Source: Clostridia bacterium (lineage in GTDB: Bacteria > Bacillota > Clostridia > Christensenellales > Borkfalkiaceae). Taken from it: 64,000 nucleotides of DNA. The position numbers were made by a program, and so were the translations under genes. Positions 55,236 through 64,000 of the stretch are shown piece by piece. Position 1 is the stretch's first letter. Each line of letters opens with the position of its first letter. The DNA is taken from assembly GCA_017471785.1 (NCBI GenBank), contig JAFURP010000039.1, positions 6,189 through 70,188 of the forward strand, written 5' to 3'. The notes under the pieces were generated by a model, which worked only from the letters and a program-made list of their open reading frames with translations, had not been told where the DNA came from and made no database searches.

Positions 55236-56990
55236 ATGGAATTTACTTATCGGGATCGGGATTTTTATTTGAACGGCGAAAAATTCGTCGTGCGTTCGGG
55301 AGCGATGCACTATTTCAGAACGCCGAAATATTATTGGTACGACCGACTTTTGAAGCTGAAAGAATGTGGATTCAACGCGGTAGAAACGTACGTGGCTTGG
55401 AATATACACGAGCAGCAAGAGGGGGAATATAATTTCAGCGGCGACGCGGATTTTGCGGAGTTTTTGGATACGGCAAAGCGTTTGGGGCTTTTCGTCGTGC
55501 TGCGTCCGGGACCGTATATTTGCGCGGAGTGGGAGGCGGGCGGCTTTCCCGCGTGGCTCTTGACTTACGAAAATATCCGTTTGCGCTGTAACGACGAGCT
55601 GTACTTTTCCAAGCTGGAAAGATGGATAAAAGAGCTTATGAAGATCGTCGTGCCCCGATTGATAACCAAGGGCGGCAATATTTTGATGGTGCAGGTGGAA
55701 AACGAATACGGCTCGCACGGAAACGACGGGGTTTATTTGAAGCGCCTTCGGGATCTGTATATAGCTTGCGGCGTGGATTGTTTGTTGTTTACTTGCGACG
55801 GACCCGAGGACGGGCTCGTGGAAAGCGGAAGAATAGAGGGCTGTCTCAGCTTTTTGAATTTCGGCTCGGATACCAAGGCAAATATGGAGATCCTTGCAAA
55901 AAAAGCGCCCGATCAGCCTTTGATGTGCGCGGAATTTTGGTGCGGTTGGTACGATAATTGGTACGAGGCGCATCACGTGCGTAGCAGCGAAAGTATTTGC
56001 AACGCGTTTGAGCCGTTTTTGGAAAACGGATACAGCTTTAATTTTTATATGTTCCACGGCGGTACGAATTTTGCTTTTATGAACGGTGCAAGCAATCATA
56101 CCGTTTGTAAATACGTCGTTACCAGCTACGATTACAACGCGCTTTTGAGCGAAGCGGGAGATAGAACGCCGCAATATTACGGCGTGCGTGATCTGATGAT
56201 CAAATACGGCGTGGACGTGCCTGCGTTGACGGCGACGGAGAGCAAGAAAGCAGCGTACGGCGAGGTGGCTTTCCGTGAGTGCGCGGCGCTTTTCGATAAT
56301 TTGGACGCCCTTGGCTCGAAAAGCTTTTCGCCGTACCCTATGCGAATGGAACGGCTTGGGCAATCGTACGGCTTTATCTTATACGAAAGTGAATTGCCTG
56401 TCAATTTAGAGGATTACGAGCTGCTGCTTGACGGGCTTGCCGATCGTGCGATCGTCTATATCGACGGGGAAAAGGTCGGTATACAAGAACGGGGACAAGA
56501 ATACGAACCCATCCGCTTTACCACGACGGATAAGCGCAAAAAGCTGCGTATTTTCGTGGAAAATACGGGTAGGGCGAATTACGGTCCCGATTTGTTGGAT
56601 AGAAAGGGGCTTTCAGGCGTGCGCGTTCGTTGGGAGTATCTCAATAAAAACGTAATGGGCTTTGATAATATCCCGTTGCCTATGAACGATCTCGATAAGA
56701 TCGAATATTCAAAGGTATCCGAAAATCCGCTTGCCGAGCCTGCGTTCTATAAAGGCGAATTTTTCGTGGAGGAGATAGCCGATACCTTCTTCAAACCGTA
56801 CGGCTTTACGAAAGGCTTCGTCGTAGTGAACGGGGTGAATATAGGGCGGTACTACAATTCTGCGGGACCGCAAAAGACCCTGTACGTGCCCGCGTGCTAC
56901 TTAAAAAAGGGCAAGAACGAGATCGTCGTCTTTGAATCGGACGGCGCAAGCGAGATCAAAGCTTCTTTCGTCGACGTTCCCGAATTATAA
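55236..56990 (+). CDS. beta-galactosidase, glycoside hydrolase family 35
   Basis: GFNAVETYVAWNIHE, RPGPYICAEWEAGGFPAWL, and VENEYG (acid/base Glu). 584 aa, no signal peptide. Confidence 0.9.
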   Translation: MEFTYRDRDFYLNGEKFVVRSGAMHYFRTPKYYWYDRLLKLKECGFNAVETYVAWNIHEQQEGEYNFSGDADFAEFLDTAKRLGLFVVLRPGPYICAEWEAGGFPAWLLTYENIRLRCNDELYFSKLERWIKELMKIVVPRLITKGGNILMVQVENEYGSHGNDGVYLKRLRDLYIACGVDCLLFTCDGPEDGLVESGRIEGCLSFLNFGSDTKANMEILAKKAPDQPLMCAEFWCGWYDNWYEAHHVRSSESICNAFEPFLENGYSFNFYMFHGGTNFAFMNGASNHTVCKYVVTSYDYNALLSEAGDRTPQYYGVRDLMIKYGVDVPALTATESKKAAYGEVAFRECAALFDNLDALGSKSFSPYPMRMERLGQSYGFILYESELPVNLEDYELLLDGLADRAIVYIDGEKVGIQERGQEYEPIRFTTTDKRKKLRIFVENTGRANYGPDLLDRKGLSGVRVRWEYLNKNVMGFDNIPLPMNDLDKIEYSKVSENPLAEPAFYKGEFFVEEIADTFFKPYGFTKGFVVVNGVNIGRYYNSAGPQKTLYVPACYLKKGKNEIVVFESDGASEIKASFVDVPEL

Positions 56991-56993
56991 AAT

Positions 56994-57033
56994 AAAAACC
57001 ACGACAAGAAAAAGACTTGTTCGTGGTTTTTTC
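56994..57033 (+). terminator. rho-independent terminator after the GH35 gene
   Basis: CCACGACAAG / CTTGTTCGTGG stem (one bulge) with a 7-nt loop, followed by TTTTTT. Confidence 0.7.
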
Positions 57034-57062
57034 TTGCCTTTTAACGAAAAATACGCTATAAT
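57034..57062 (+). promoter_or_regulatory. candidate promoter of the LMW-PTP gene
   Basis: TTGCCT (57034-57039), 17 nt, TATAAT (57057-57062). Confidence 0.45.
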
Positions 57063-57082
57063 GGTGATCGAGGTATGAAAAA

Positions 57083-57544
57083 ATGTATAAAATTATGTTT
57101 GTGTGTTTGGGAAATATTTGCCGTTCGCCTATGGCGGAGCTTTTATTGCGCGATATGGTCGAAAAGGCGGGCAGGGAAAAGGATTTCCTGATCGCTTCGA
57201 GCGCCACCTCGGGCGAAAACGTTTTTAACGGCGTAGGCGCGCCCGTGTACGGACCTATTCGTGATTTATTGGAGAAAAAAGGCGTTTCTTGCGTGGGGAA
57301 ACGCGCGCAAATGCTCACCGCAAAGCACGGGGACGAATTCGATTTGTTTTTGTGTATGGACGAATCCAACGTGCGTAACGCAAGACGCATTTTGGGCGAG
57401 AAAAACGCGGATAAATGCAAAAAGCTTTTATCGTACGCAGGTGAAAAAGGGGACGTAGCCGACCCTTGGTTTACGCGTGATTTCAACGCTGCTTACGAGG
57501 ATATTAAAAGGGGCTTGGAGGGGCTTTTGCAAAGCTTGCAATAG
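57083..57544 (+). CDS. low-molecular-weight protein-tyrosine phosphatase
   Basis: P-loop CLGNICRSP at the N-terminus and a DP motif near the C-terminus (VADPWF). 153 aa. Confidence 0.9.
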   Translation: MYKIMFVCLGNICRSPMAELLLRDMVEKAGREKDFLIASSATSGENVFNGVGAPVYGPIRDLLEKKGVSCVGKRAQMLTAKHGDEFDLFLCMDESNVRNARRILGEKNADKCKKLLSYAGEKGDVADPWFTRDFNAAYEDIKRGLEGLLQSLQ

Positions 57545-57551
57545 AAAAAAT

Positions 57552-57586
57552 AACGTTCGCACGTAGACCGTGCGGGCGTTTTTTTG
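57552..57586 (+). terminator. rho-independent terminator after the LMW-PTP gene
   Basis: CGTTCGCACG-TAGAC-CGTGCGGGCG stem (two G-U pairs) followed by TTTTTTT. Confidence 0.7.
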
Positions 57587-57605
57587 TAAAACTTCGTTAA
57601 AACAC

Positions 57606-57634
57606 TTGTAAAAGTAATAGAAATATGTTACAAT
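57606..57634 (+). promoter_or_regulatory. sigma-A type promoter of the fakA-degV-acyltransferase operon
   Basis: TTGTAA (57606-57611), 17 nt, TACAAT (57629-57634), with a TGn extended -10. Confidence 0.5.
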
Positions 57635-57689
57635 AAATTGATTGTAAAAGGATTTACACCGCTTTTTAGAGCGCGGAAAGGAGTATATT

Positions 57690-59366
57690 TTGGCTCTTTA
57701 TAACGAAAGAAAAACGATAGACGGCGAATTGTTTGAAAAGATGATCTTGGGCGGCGTGGCGAATTTGCAAGCCAACCTCCAAAAGGTCAACGATTTGAAC
57801 GTTTTTCCCATTCCCGACGGCGATACGGGCGAGAATATGTATCTCACCCTACAGGGCGGCTTCGATCAGCTTGCTGCCACGCAAACGGACAGCTTGGGCG
57901 AAAAGGCGTACGCAATGGCGCAGGGTATGCTGCTCGGCGCTCGCGGCAATTCGGGGGTGATCTTATCCCAATTGTTTTTCGGGCTTGCGGAGGGTCTGAC
58001 GGGGCTTGCGGAGTCCGATTTGGAAACGTTCGGCAACGCCTTAAAAACGGGCGTAAAATACGCGTACGGCGCGGTGGCGCACCCCGTGGAGGGTACCATC
58101 TTAACGGTTGCAAGAGAAGCCGTGGAAAATATTTGCTTGAAGCTGAACGCGGATATGGCGGTGGAGGAGTTTTTCTCCGGCTATCTCGTCGAGATGAAAA
58201 AATCCTTGGAAAAGACCCCCAATTTGCTTGCGGTATTAAAGGAATCGGGCGTGATCGACAGCGGCGGCGCAGGACTCGTTTATATCACGGAGGGCTTTTG
58301 CAAGGCGCTGGGCGGCGCGGAGATCGAAAAGGAGCTCGCCGTATCGTTGAGCAATTCCCAAAAGACGATTGATTTTTCCAAATTCAACGAAAACAGCGTA
58401 ATGGAATTCGGGTATTGCACCGAGCTTTTATTGCAATTACAAAACAGCAAAACGGATATTGCCGCGTTTTCCATTCCCGAGCTTATCGGATTTTTGGAAA
58501 GTATCGGCGATTCCATCGTCGCGTTTCAAACGGGCAGTATCGTGAAGATACACGTGCATACGATGACGCCTTGGCGCGTACTTGCCCATTGTCAGGAGTT
58601 CGGCGAATTTTTGACGGTAAAAATCGAAAATATGACCTTACAACACAATGAAACGGTTGCAAGCGAAGCCGTGCAAGAGATCAAAATGCCCAAGCGTGCG
58701 AGAAGAAAATTCGCGACGGTAACGGTCGTTACGGGCGAAGGTCTGAAGAACACCTTTAAGGAGCTTGGCGCCGATTACGTGATTTCGGGCGGTCAAACGA
58801 ACAATCCCTCCTCGGAGGATTTTATCCAAGCGTTCGACGAGGTGAACGCCGATCATATCTTCGTTTTGCCCAATAACGGCAACGTCGTTCTTGCGGCAAA
58901 GCAAGCGGCGAAGATCTATACGAATTCGGATATCAGAGTGATCGAGAGTAAGAGCATCGGCGAGGGGTATTCGGCGCTCTCCATGCTCGATTACGGCGCG
59001 GACGACGCGGACGAGATCGCGGCGCTTTTGCGAGAGAGTATGCAAGGCACGGTGACGGGTATGGTCGCTCGGGCGGTCCGTACGACGACGGTAAACGGCG
59101 TAAGCGTAACGGACGGCGAATATATGGGCTTTACCGATCGTACGATGCTCGTTTCCAAGCCCACCAAGACGGAAGCCGTGTGCGCGCTTGCCGAAAAAAT
59201 GGGGATCAAGGACAAGGAATTTTTGATCGTCGTCTACGGAAAGGGCGCGACGGAGGCGGAAAGAGAAGCGCTCGCCGCGTTTATGGCTAAGGTATATCCC
59301 CGCGTGGAGGTTTACGAGATCGACGGCGGACAGGACGTGTACGATTTCCTGCTGATCGTGGAATAA
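57690..59366 (+). CDS. fakA: DAK2-domain protein (YloV / fatty-acid kinase FakA type)
   Basis: TTG start. N-terminal Dak2 pattern (VFPIPDGDTGENM, ARGNSGVILSQ). 558 aa, followed directly by a DegV (FakB-type) gene. Confidence 0.75.
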   Translation: MALYNERKTIDGELFEKMILGGVANLQANLQKVNDLNVFPIPDGDTGENMYLTLQGGFDQLAATQTDSLGEKAYAMAQGMLLGARGNSGVILSQLFFGLAEGLTGLAESDLETFGNALKTGVKYAYGAVAHPVEGTILTVAREAVENICLKLNADMAVEEFFSGYLVEMKKSLEKTPNLLAVLKESGVIDSGGAGLVYITEGFCKALGGAEIEKELAVSLSNSQKTIDFSKFNENSVMEFGYCTELLLQLQNSKTDIAAFSIPELIGFLESIGDSIVAFQTGSIVKIHVHTMTPWRVLAHCQEFGEFLTVKIENMTLQHNETVASEAVQEIKMPKRARRKFATVTVVTGEGLKNTFKELGADYVISGGQTNNPSSEDFIQAFDEVNADHIFVLPNNGNVVLAAKQAAKIYTNSDIRVIESKSIGEGYSALSMLDYGADDADEIAALLRESMQGTVTGMVARAVRTTTVNGVSVTDGEYMGFTDRTMLVSKPTKTEAVCALAEKMGIKDKEFLIVVYGKGATEAEREALAAFMAKVYPRVEVYEIDGGQDVYDFLLIVE

Positions 59367-59391
59367 AATTTACAAAACAAGGAGAAATATT

Positions 59392-60285
59392 ATGAAAAAA
59401 TACGTGATCTTAACGGATACGGGCTGCGATTTGGAAAGATCGTTTAGAGAGCAGTATGATATCGAATACGTGCCTATGCACTTTTCGTTCGAGGGCAAGG
59501 ACTATGAAGCCGATTTGGATTGGTCGCAAATTTCCGCGCCCGATTTCTACAACTATATGCGCGAGGGCAAGCGCTTCATCACCGCACAGGTGAACGTGGC
59601 GACCTATAAAAAAGCGTTCGCGAAATATTTGGAGGAGGGCTACGATATCTTGTCTATCACCACTTCTTCGGGCTTGTCCGCGTCGATAGAGGCAAGCCGC
59701 GTGGCAAGGGACGAGCTTTTGAAGGAATATCCCGACGCGAAAATTATTTGCGTAGACACCTTGCGCGCTTGTTACGCGCTCGGGCTTTTGGTGATCCGCG
59801 CCGCCGAGCTCCGTGCGGAGGGTAAGACGATCGAAGAAACGGCGCAATGGATAGAGGAGCACAAGCAAACCGTGAATATGATCGGCTCGGTGGATAAGCT
59901 CACCTATTTGAAGCAGGCGGGTAGAGTCAGCGCGGCGAGCGCGTTTTTCGGCGGCTTGCTCAATATCAAGCCCATTATCGTTGCCGACGCTTTGGGTAGA
60001 AACTTCGCCGTGGAAAAGGTGAAAGGTAGAAGAACTTCGTTCAACCGTATCGCCGAGCTTGCGGCGGAGGCGTACGAGGATTTGGAATATCAAAGAATAT
60101 TTATCAGCCACGCCGATTGTTTGGAGGAAGCGAAGGAATTGCAACAAATCTTGGAGGAAAAGATCGGCAAGAAGCTGGACGTGCATATCGGCTACGTAGG
60201 CTCGTGCGTGGGCGCGACGGTTGGTCCCGGTATGATCGCCGTCTATCTTTTCGGTAAGGAAGTAACGCTCAATAAAGGGGAGTAA
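59392..60285 (+). CDS. DegV-family fatty-acid-binding protein (FakB type)
   Basis: N-terminus ILTDTGCDL, FITAQV, SSGLSAS, and C-terminus GATVGPGMIAVY, the typical DegV layout. Confidence 0.85.
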   Translation: MKKYVILTDTGCDLERSFREQYDIEYVPMHFSFEGKDYEADLDWSQISAPDFYNYMREGKRFITAQVNVATYKKAFAKYLEEGYDILSITTSSGLSASIEASRVARDELLKEYPDAKIICVDTLRACYALGLLVIRAAELRAEGKTIEETAQWIEEHKQTVNMIGSVDKLTYLKQAGRVSAASAFFGGLLNIKPIIVADALGRNFAVEKVKGRRTSFNRIAELAAEAYEDLEYQRIFISHADCLEEAKELQQILEEKIGKKLDVHIGYVGSCVGATVGPGMIAVYLFGKEVTLNKGE

Positions 60286-60287
60286 GA

Positions 60288-61022
60288 ATGGCTAAGAAAG
60301 AAAAGGAATTTAAGCTCCCCAGTCGTAGACAACCTGTTTACGGCGTCGTAAAAGTGTTTATGCGTATGATTTTCAAGCGTCCGCAGATTATCAACTTAGC
60401 AGGTGAGATCGCGGATAAGAGCATCGTTCTTGCAAACCATTCGGCAAAGAGCGGTCCTCCGGGGCTTGATTTATACTTTCCCAAGAAAACGGCAAAATGG
60501 GGCGCGTATCAAATGTTCGGCAATTACGCGAGCCGTAAAGCGTATCTTCGCGATATTTTATATATCCAAAAATGCGGCTGCAAAAAGGGCTTCGGAACCT
60601 CGTTTAAGGCTTCCGTTTTAGGTGCGCTCAACCCGGGGATATACAAGGGTATGTGGATGATGCCCACCTATCCCGACGCACGTTTTGCTAAGACCTTACG
60701 CAACAGCGCGAAGCTTCTCGACGCGAATATACCCGTTATGATCTATCCCGAAAATTCCAACGAGGGGTATAAGGACGTTTTGACGGAATTCTTCCCCGGA
60801 TTCGTGATGCTCGCAGAAAAATATTATCGCGCGACGGGCGTAGATCTTCCCGTGTATCCCGTGTATTACAGCGTAAAAAAGAGACTTATGATCATTGATA
60901 AACCGCTTTACGTGCAAGATATGGTGAAAGAGGGATTGGATAGATACCAAATTGCCGAACGCTTTTGCAACGAAGTAAATAGGCTCTATTACGAATACGT
61001 ACAAGACAAGGAAGACAAATAA
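60288..61022 (+). CDS. putative lysophospholipid/glycerol-phosphate acyltransferase-like protein
   Basis: 244 aa. LANHSAKSG sits at the position of the acyltransferase HX4D box (Asp replaced by Gly), and YPENS at the position of the FPEGT box. The operon context with fakA/degV also supports the call. The assignment is tentative. Confidence 0.45.
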   Translation: MAKKEKEFKLPSRRQPVYGVVKVFMRMIFKRPQIINLAGEIADKSIVLANHSAKSGPPGLDLYFPKKTAKWGAYQMFGNYASRKAYLRDILYIQKCGCKKGFGTSFKASVLGALNPGIYKGMWMMPTYPDARFAKTLRNSAKLLDANIPVMIYPENSNEGYKDVLTEFFPGFVMLAEKYYRATGVDLPVYPVYYSVKKRLMIIDKPLYVQDMVKEGLDRYQIAERFCNEVNRLYYEYVQDKEDK

Positions 61023-61033
61023 ACAAAACAAAG

Positions 61034-61062
61034 AAAGCGCCCTTCAAAGAGCGCTTTTTTGT
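61034..61062 (+). terminator. rho-independent terminator after the acyltransferase gene
   Basis: AAAGCGCCCTT / AAGAGCGCTTT stem (one mismatch) followed by TTTTTTG. Confidence 0.6.
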
Positions 61063-61089
61063 TGCATATAAACAAAGGAGAAAAAAAAG

Positions 61090-61239
61090 ATGAACAAGAA
61101 AAGCTACGCCGAATTACAAATGCGTATCTATCGTTTATCCGTGGACGAGCTCGTTAGAATGAGCACCGAAACGGAGCCGCCGGATACCGACAACACGGGT
61201 GACGACCCGTTCGCGAAGCCTTTTGCGGGAGGATTGTAA
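61090..61239 (+). CDS. unannotated 49-aa ORF translationally coupled to a large secreted protein
   Basis: AAAGGAG RBS 9 nt upstream. The stop overlaps the next ATG (TAATG). The product is MNKKSYAELQMRIYRLSVDELVRMSTETEPPDTDNTGDDPFAKPFAGGL. Confidence 0.4.
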   Translation: MNKKSYAELQMRIYRLSVDELVRMSTETEPPDTDNTGDDPFAKPFAGGL

Positions 61240-63467
61240 TGAAGAAACGTACTTTTGGTTTAGGCGTTTGCGCCTTAATAATGGCGGCGACCGTCGTGGG
61301 CGGTGTGAACGCTACGACGGCGAGCGCGGCAACGGAGATCGGTGGAGCGCGCTACGATCTATCGAGCTTTGCGACCTATTACGGCGCAAGCGTAAGAATG
61401 ATCGAGGACAGCAAAGGACTCCGCTTTACAACGGGTATCGACGCGGACGTTTACGATTCCTTACAAGCGGATCCGAACGTTTCTTTCGGTACGATCATCG
61501 CGCCCGCGGAGTATCTTGCGGAGGGCGAGGAAATGACGCACGCCAATCTTGCCGAGGAGGGCTTGCTCGATATTCCCGCGGCGACCTTCATTACGGACGA
61601 GACGAAAGTGGAGGTGGAGGGTAACGTTGAATTTACGGGCGTTATCACCAATATTAAGGATTATAACGTAAACCGTGCGTTCCGTTCTCGTGCTTATATC
61701 AAATACGACAACGGTACGGACGAAGCGCCTTCTTATTACTATGCAGGCTATTACACCGACGAGAAAATGACGACGATCGAGGCGGATCACGACAATTCCC
61801 GTTCGGTAACGCAAACGGCGTATATCCTTTCTACGAGCGGTAAAGCTTGGGAAACGGATCAACGAGCCGTTCTCGACCGATTCGTAAGCTACCGTCCCAC
61901 GTACGCAACCGAGGATTTTGAAAGAAGCTTTTCGGTTGCCGCCGACGCGGCGATCGCATTCGGCGTGGAAGTGAACGACGGTACGATTGCGGTGATCACG
62001 ACGGAAACGAAATACGACGGTAAGCAAGCGTTAAGGCTTTCAGGCGAAGAAAGGGTAGGCGCGAAATTACATATTGCCTCCTTGCAAACGCTGCAAGAGG
62101 GCGACGGCTTGAAATTCTACGCCACCGCGGACGTGGCGGTATCCGATTTTAACGGCAACGCCTTTACCGTAAGCAAAACGCAAGTAGGCGAATGGACGGA
62201 AGTAGCGTTGACCGCAAACGACGCCGCGACGGCGAAAGCGGACGGCGGCTTTGTCGTCACCGGTTCGGAGAGCGTTTGTATCGACGGTATTCAAGCCGTA
62301 TTAAAGAGCGTGTATTCGGGCGGCGATAAGACCTTGAACGATATGATTTCCGCGCGGTTCGGCGCGTGCACGGTAAGCGCGGTAAAGGGCGTGCAAAAGA
62401 ACGGAGAAAGCGTAACGCTCGATACCGCCGCGACCCTTTTGCAAAAAACGGCAACGTATTCGGCGGAGATAACCGTTTCGGCAGACGGCTTTAACGCGAA
62501 AACGCTTACGATAAATTACGAGATCGATCCTACCTATACGAAGGGCTCGAAATATTATCCCTCCGCAACGCCGTTGACCATCGAGCTTCAAAACGACGGT
62601 GCTTCCCAAGCCTTTACGTATGGCTCGTCGACTTACACGCGTGCTTTGAGCGCGGCTAACGGCTATACGGTAAAAGACGAACGGTTGTTGATCAACCTCG
62701 ATCACGGCAATAACGCGGTGCAAGGCGTATTCGACGGCTTGGATACGACGGGCTACGGCGCGCTCCGTATCGGTATCGCGACGGATTTGACGATCAGCTC
62801 AAACGTTACTTCGGGTAGTTCGGTAAACGTTTACGTGGATATCAACGGTACGTATTGCGCCTCTTACGAAAAAGCGTATGCCGATCAATATGAAATTTAT
62901 ATCCCCGTTAGCGCGTTGCCTGCGTTGCGGGAAAGCGGAAACACCCTAACGCTTTATTCCGCACAAACAAATCAAGAGTATTACGGATATATCGATTATA
63001 TCGTATTGACCAAGGAAATGAAAGTGCAAGGCTCCGTGGATTTCACGGCTACGGGTGCGGATTACAGCTATTCGACTTATACGACGGCAAGGAGTATGCC
63101 TGCGCCGACGGAAAAAGGACTTTTATTGTATACGACGAGCAATACGGAGGCAGCTTCGGCGATCCTTCTCGTGGATTCGTTGAAAATGATCGCGGATACG
63201 ACGGTGATTTCTATGAGCTTTGCTTCGGTTTCCCGATCCACGTCGCAAGGCGGCTCCGTTGATTTGAATACCTATAGTAGAGGATACGTAGTCGGCTTGA
63301 AGGCGAGCGATGCGCCCTCGACGTGTGCGTATACGGTAACGAGCGCGAAAATGGCAAACGCGGCAATAGGCGATACTCTTGAAAAGATTTATTTTAGGAA
63401 TTTTAACGCTAACGTAATTATGACGGCGTATCTTACGAGTATTGCGATTTCGCCCGTTTCGGGTTGA
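61239..63467 (+). CDS. large secreted protein (GASVR...GLRF N-terminal domain + CBM-like modules)
   Basis: 742 aa with a signal peptide ending TASA. The N-terminal domain (YYGASVRMIEDSKGLRFTTGID...) is homologous to the N-terminus of the 46081 product and to the middle domain of the 33376 product. Confidence 0.7.
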   Translation: MKKRTFGLGVCALIMAATVVGGVNATTASAATEIGGARYDLSSFATYYGASVRMIEDSKGLRFTTGIDADVYDSLQADPNVSFGTIIAPAEYLAEGEEMTHANLAEEGLLDIPAATFITDETKVEVEGNVEFTGVITNIKDYNVNRAFRSRAYIKYDNGTDEAPSYYYAGYYTDEKMTTIEADHDNSRSVTQTAYILSTSGKAWETDQRAVLDRFVSYRPTYATEDFERSFSVAADAAIAFGVEVNDGTIAVITTETKYDGKQALRLSGEERVGAKLHIASLQTLQEGDGLKFYATADVAVSDFNGNAFTVSKTQVGEWTEVALTANDAATAKADGGFVVTGSESVCIDGIQAVLKSVYSGGDKTLNDMISARFGACTVSAVKGVQKNGESVTLDTAATLLQKTATYSAEITVSADGFNAKTLTINYEIDPTYTKGSKYYPSATPLTIELQNDGASQAFTYGSSTYTRALSAANGYTVKDERLLINLDHGNNAVQGVFDGLDTTGYGALRIGIATDLTISSNVTSGSSVNVYVDINGTYCASYEKAYADQYEIYIPVSALPALRESGNTLTLYSAQTNQEYYGYIDYIVLTKEMKVQGSVDFTATGADYSYSTYTTARSMPAPTEKGLLLYTTSNTEAASAILLVDSLKMIADTTVISMSFASVSRSTSQGGSVDLNTYSRGYVVGLKASDAPSTCAYTVTSAKMANAAIGDTLEKIYFRNFNANVIMTAYLTSIAISPVSG

Positions 63468-63493
63468 CGGCGATGGGACGGAGGAGAAAAAAG

Positions 63494-64000
63494 ATGAAGA
63501 AATTTATTTGCTGCGTTTTGTCGGCGCTCGTTACGACGAGTCTATTCGCCGCTTGTCAAAACGTCGAAACGAGCGTAAGCGCTCTATGCACCGTTTCCTT
63601 TGTACAGGAGGGAGAAATTATCTTTTATAAGCTTTTGAATAAGGGTGAAACGCTGACCGATATTCCCCAGCCGAAAGCCAAAGAGGGGTATACGATCGTT
63701 TGGGATAAAACGGGGCTTGAAAATATAACGGACGATATCACGGTGACGGCGATCGTTACGGCGAATACCTACGTTATCACCTATGATCCGAGCGGCGGCA
63801 CGCTTGCCGAAGTAACGCAAGAGGTTACTTACGGCGAAGCTTTCGCTTTGCCTAAGCCCGAGCGCGCACATTATCTGTTTGAGAAGTGGGTGATCGACGG
63901 TACGCAAACGGTTTTCTCTGAGGAGGTATATACGATCGCCGAAGATATCACCTTATCCGCGGTATGGAAAAAAGATCCGTCGGACGGGTATTGGTGGTCG
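63494..64000 (+). CDS. lipoprotein with Listeria/Bacteroides-type (InlB B-repeat-like) repeats; 3' end outside the window
   Basis: Not in the ORF track because it is open at the window end. GAGGAG RBS. MKKFICCVLSALVTTSLFAAC lipobox. Repeats of the type GYTIVWDK...ITV.A and YLFEKWVIDG...ITLSAVW are present. Confidence 0.6.
   Translation, partial: MKKFICCVLSALVTTSLFAACQNVETSVSALCTVSFVQEGEIIFYKLLNKGETLTDIPQPKAKEGYTIVWDKTGLENITDDITVTAIVTANTYVITYDPSGGTLAEVTQEVTYGEAFALPKPERAHYLFEKWVIDGTQTVFSEEVYTIAEDITLSAVWKKDPSDGYWWS

Overview
This is a chromosomal segment from a Gram-positive, Bacillota/Clostridia-like bacterium. That placement is inferred from AGGAGG ribosome-binding sites, the rimP-nusA-ylxR-ylxQ-infB-rbfA gene order, AddAB rather than RecBCD, cdaA, FakA/DegV and lipobox signal peptides. 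No database search was possible; every family call rests on motifs I recognise in the translated ORFs. I support about 48 coding regions (3 of them unannotated ORFs under 60 aa) and one tRNA-Gln(CUG). All but three genes are on the + strand. I also list several near-consensus sigma-A promoters and rho-independent terminators. Layout: (1) 1-3.1 kb holds KDG catabolism (eda, kdgK) interleaved with two YitT paralogs. (2) 3.2-9.6 kb is the rimP-nusA-ylxR-ylxQ-infB-rbfA-nrnA operon. (3) 9.7-15.4 kb is a stand-alone 1,882-aa DUF4011/Upf1-like SF1 helicase fused to a Vsr/DUF559-like nuclease fold and DUF3320. (4) 15.4-30.6 kb holds comEC, holA, cdaA, lysC, an esterase, an orphan lipoprotein, addB-addA and two unknowns. 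(5) tRNA-Gln lies at 30.76 kb. (6) 31.1-53.5 kb is an AraC-linked, PUL-like glycan locus. It has a GH109-like and a second Gfo/Idh/MocA enzyme, a secreted LamG-metallophosphoesterase, an ABC importer without an ATPase, and a DUF4091/GH123-like lipoprotein. It also has four large paralogous modular surface proteins, a PhnP-like MBL hydrolase and a GH37-like enzyme. (7) 53.7-61.0 kb holds aspA, a GH35 beta-galactosidase, an LMW-PTP and fakA-degV-acyltransferase. (8) A second surface-protein cluster runs from 61.1 kb to the window end. The best candidates for novelty are the helicase-nuclease giant, two weakly related small ORFs translationally coupled to large secreted proteins, and the modular lipoprotein family within a probable GalNAc/phosphoglycan locus. 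No CRISPR array, integrase, transposase or prophage genes were seen.
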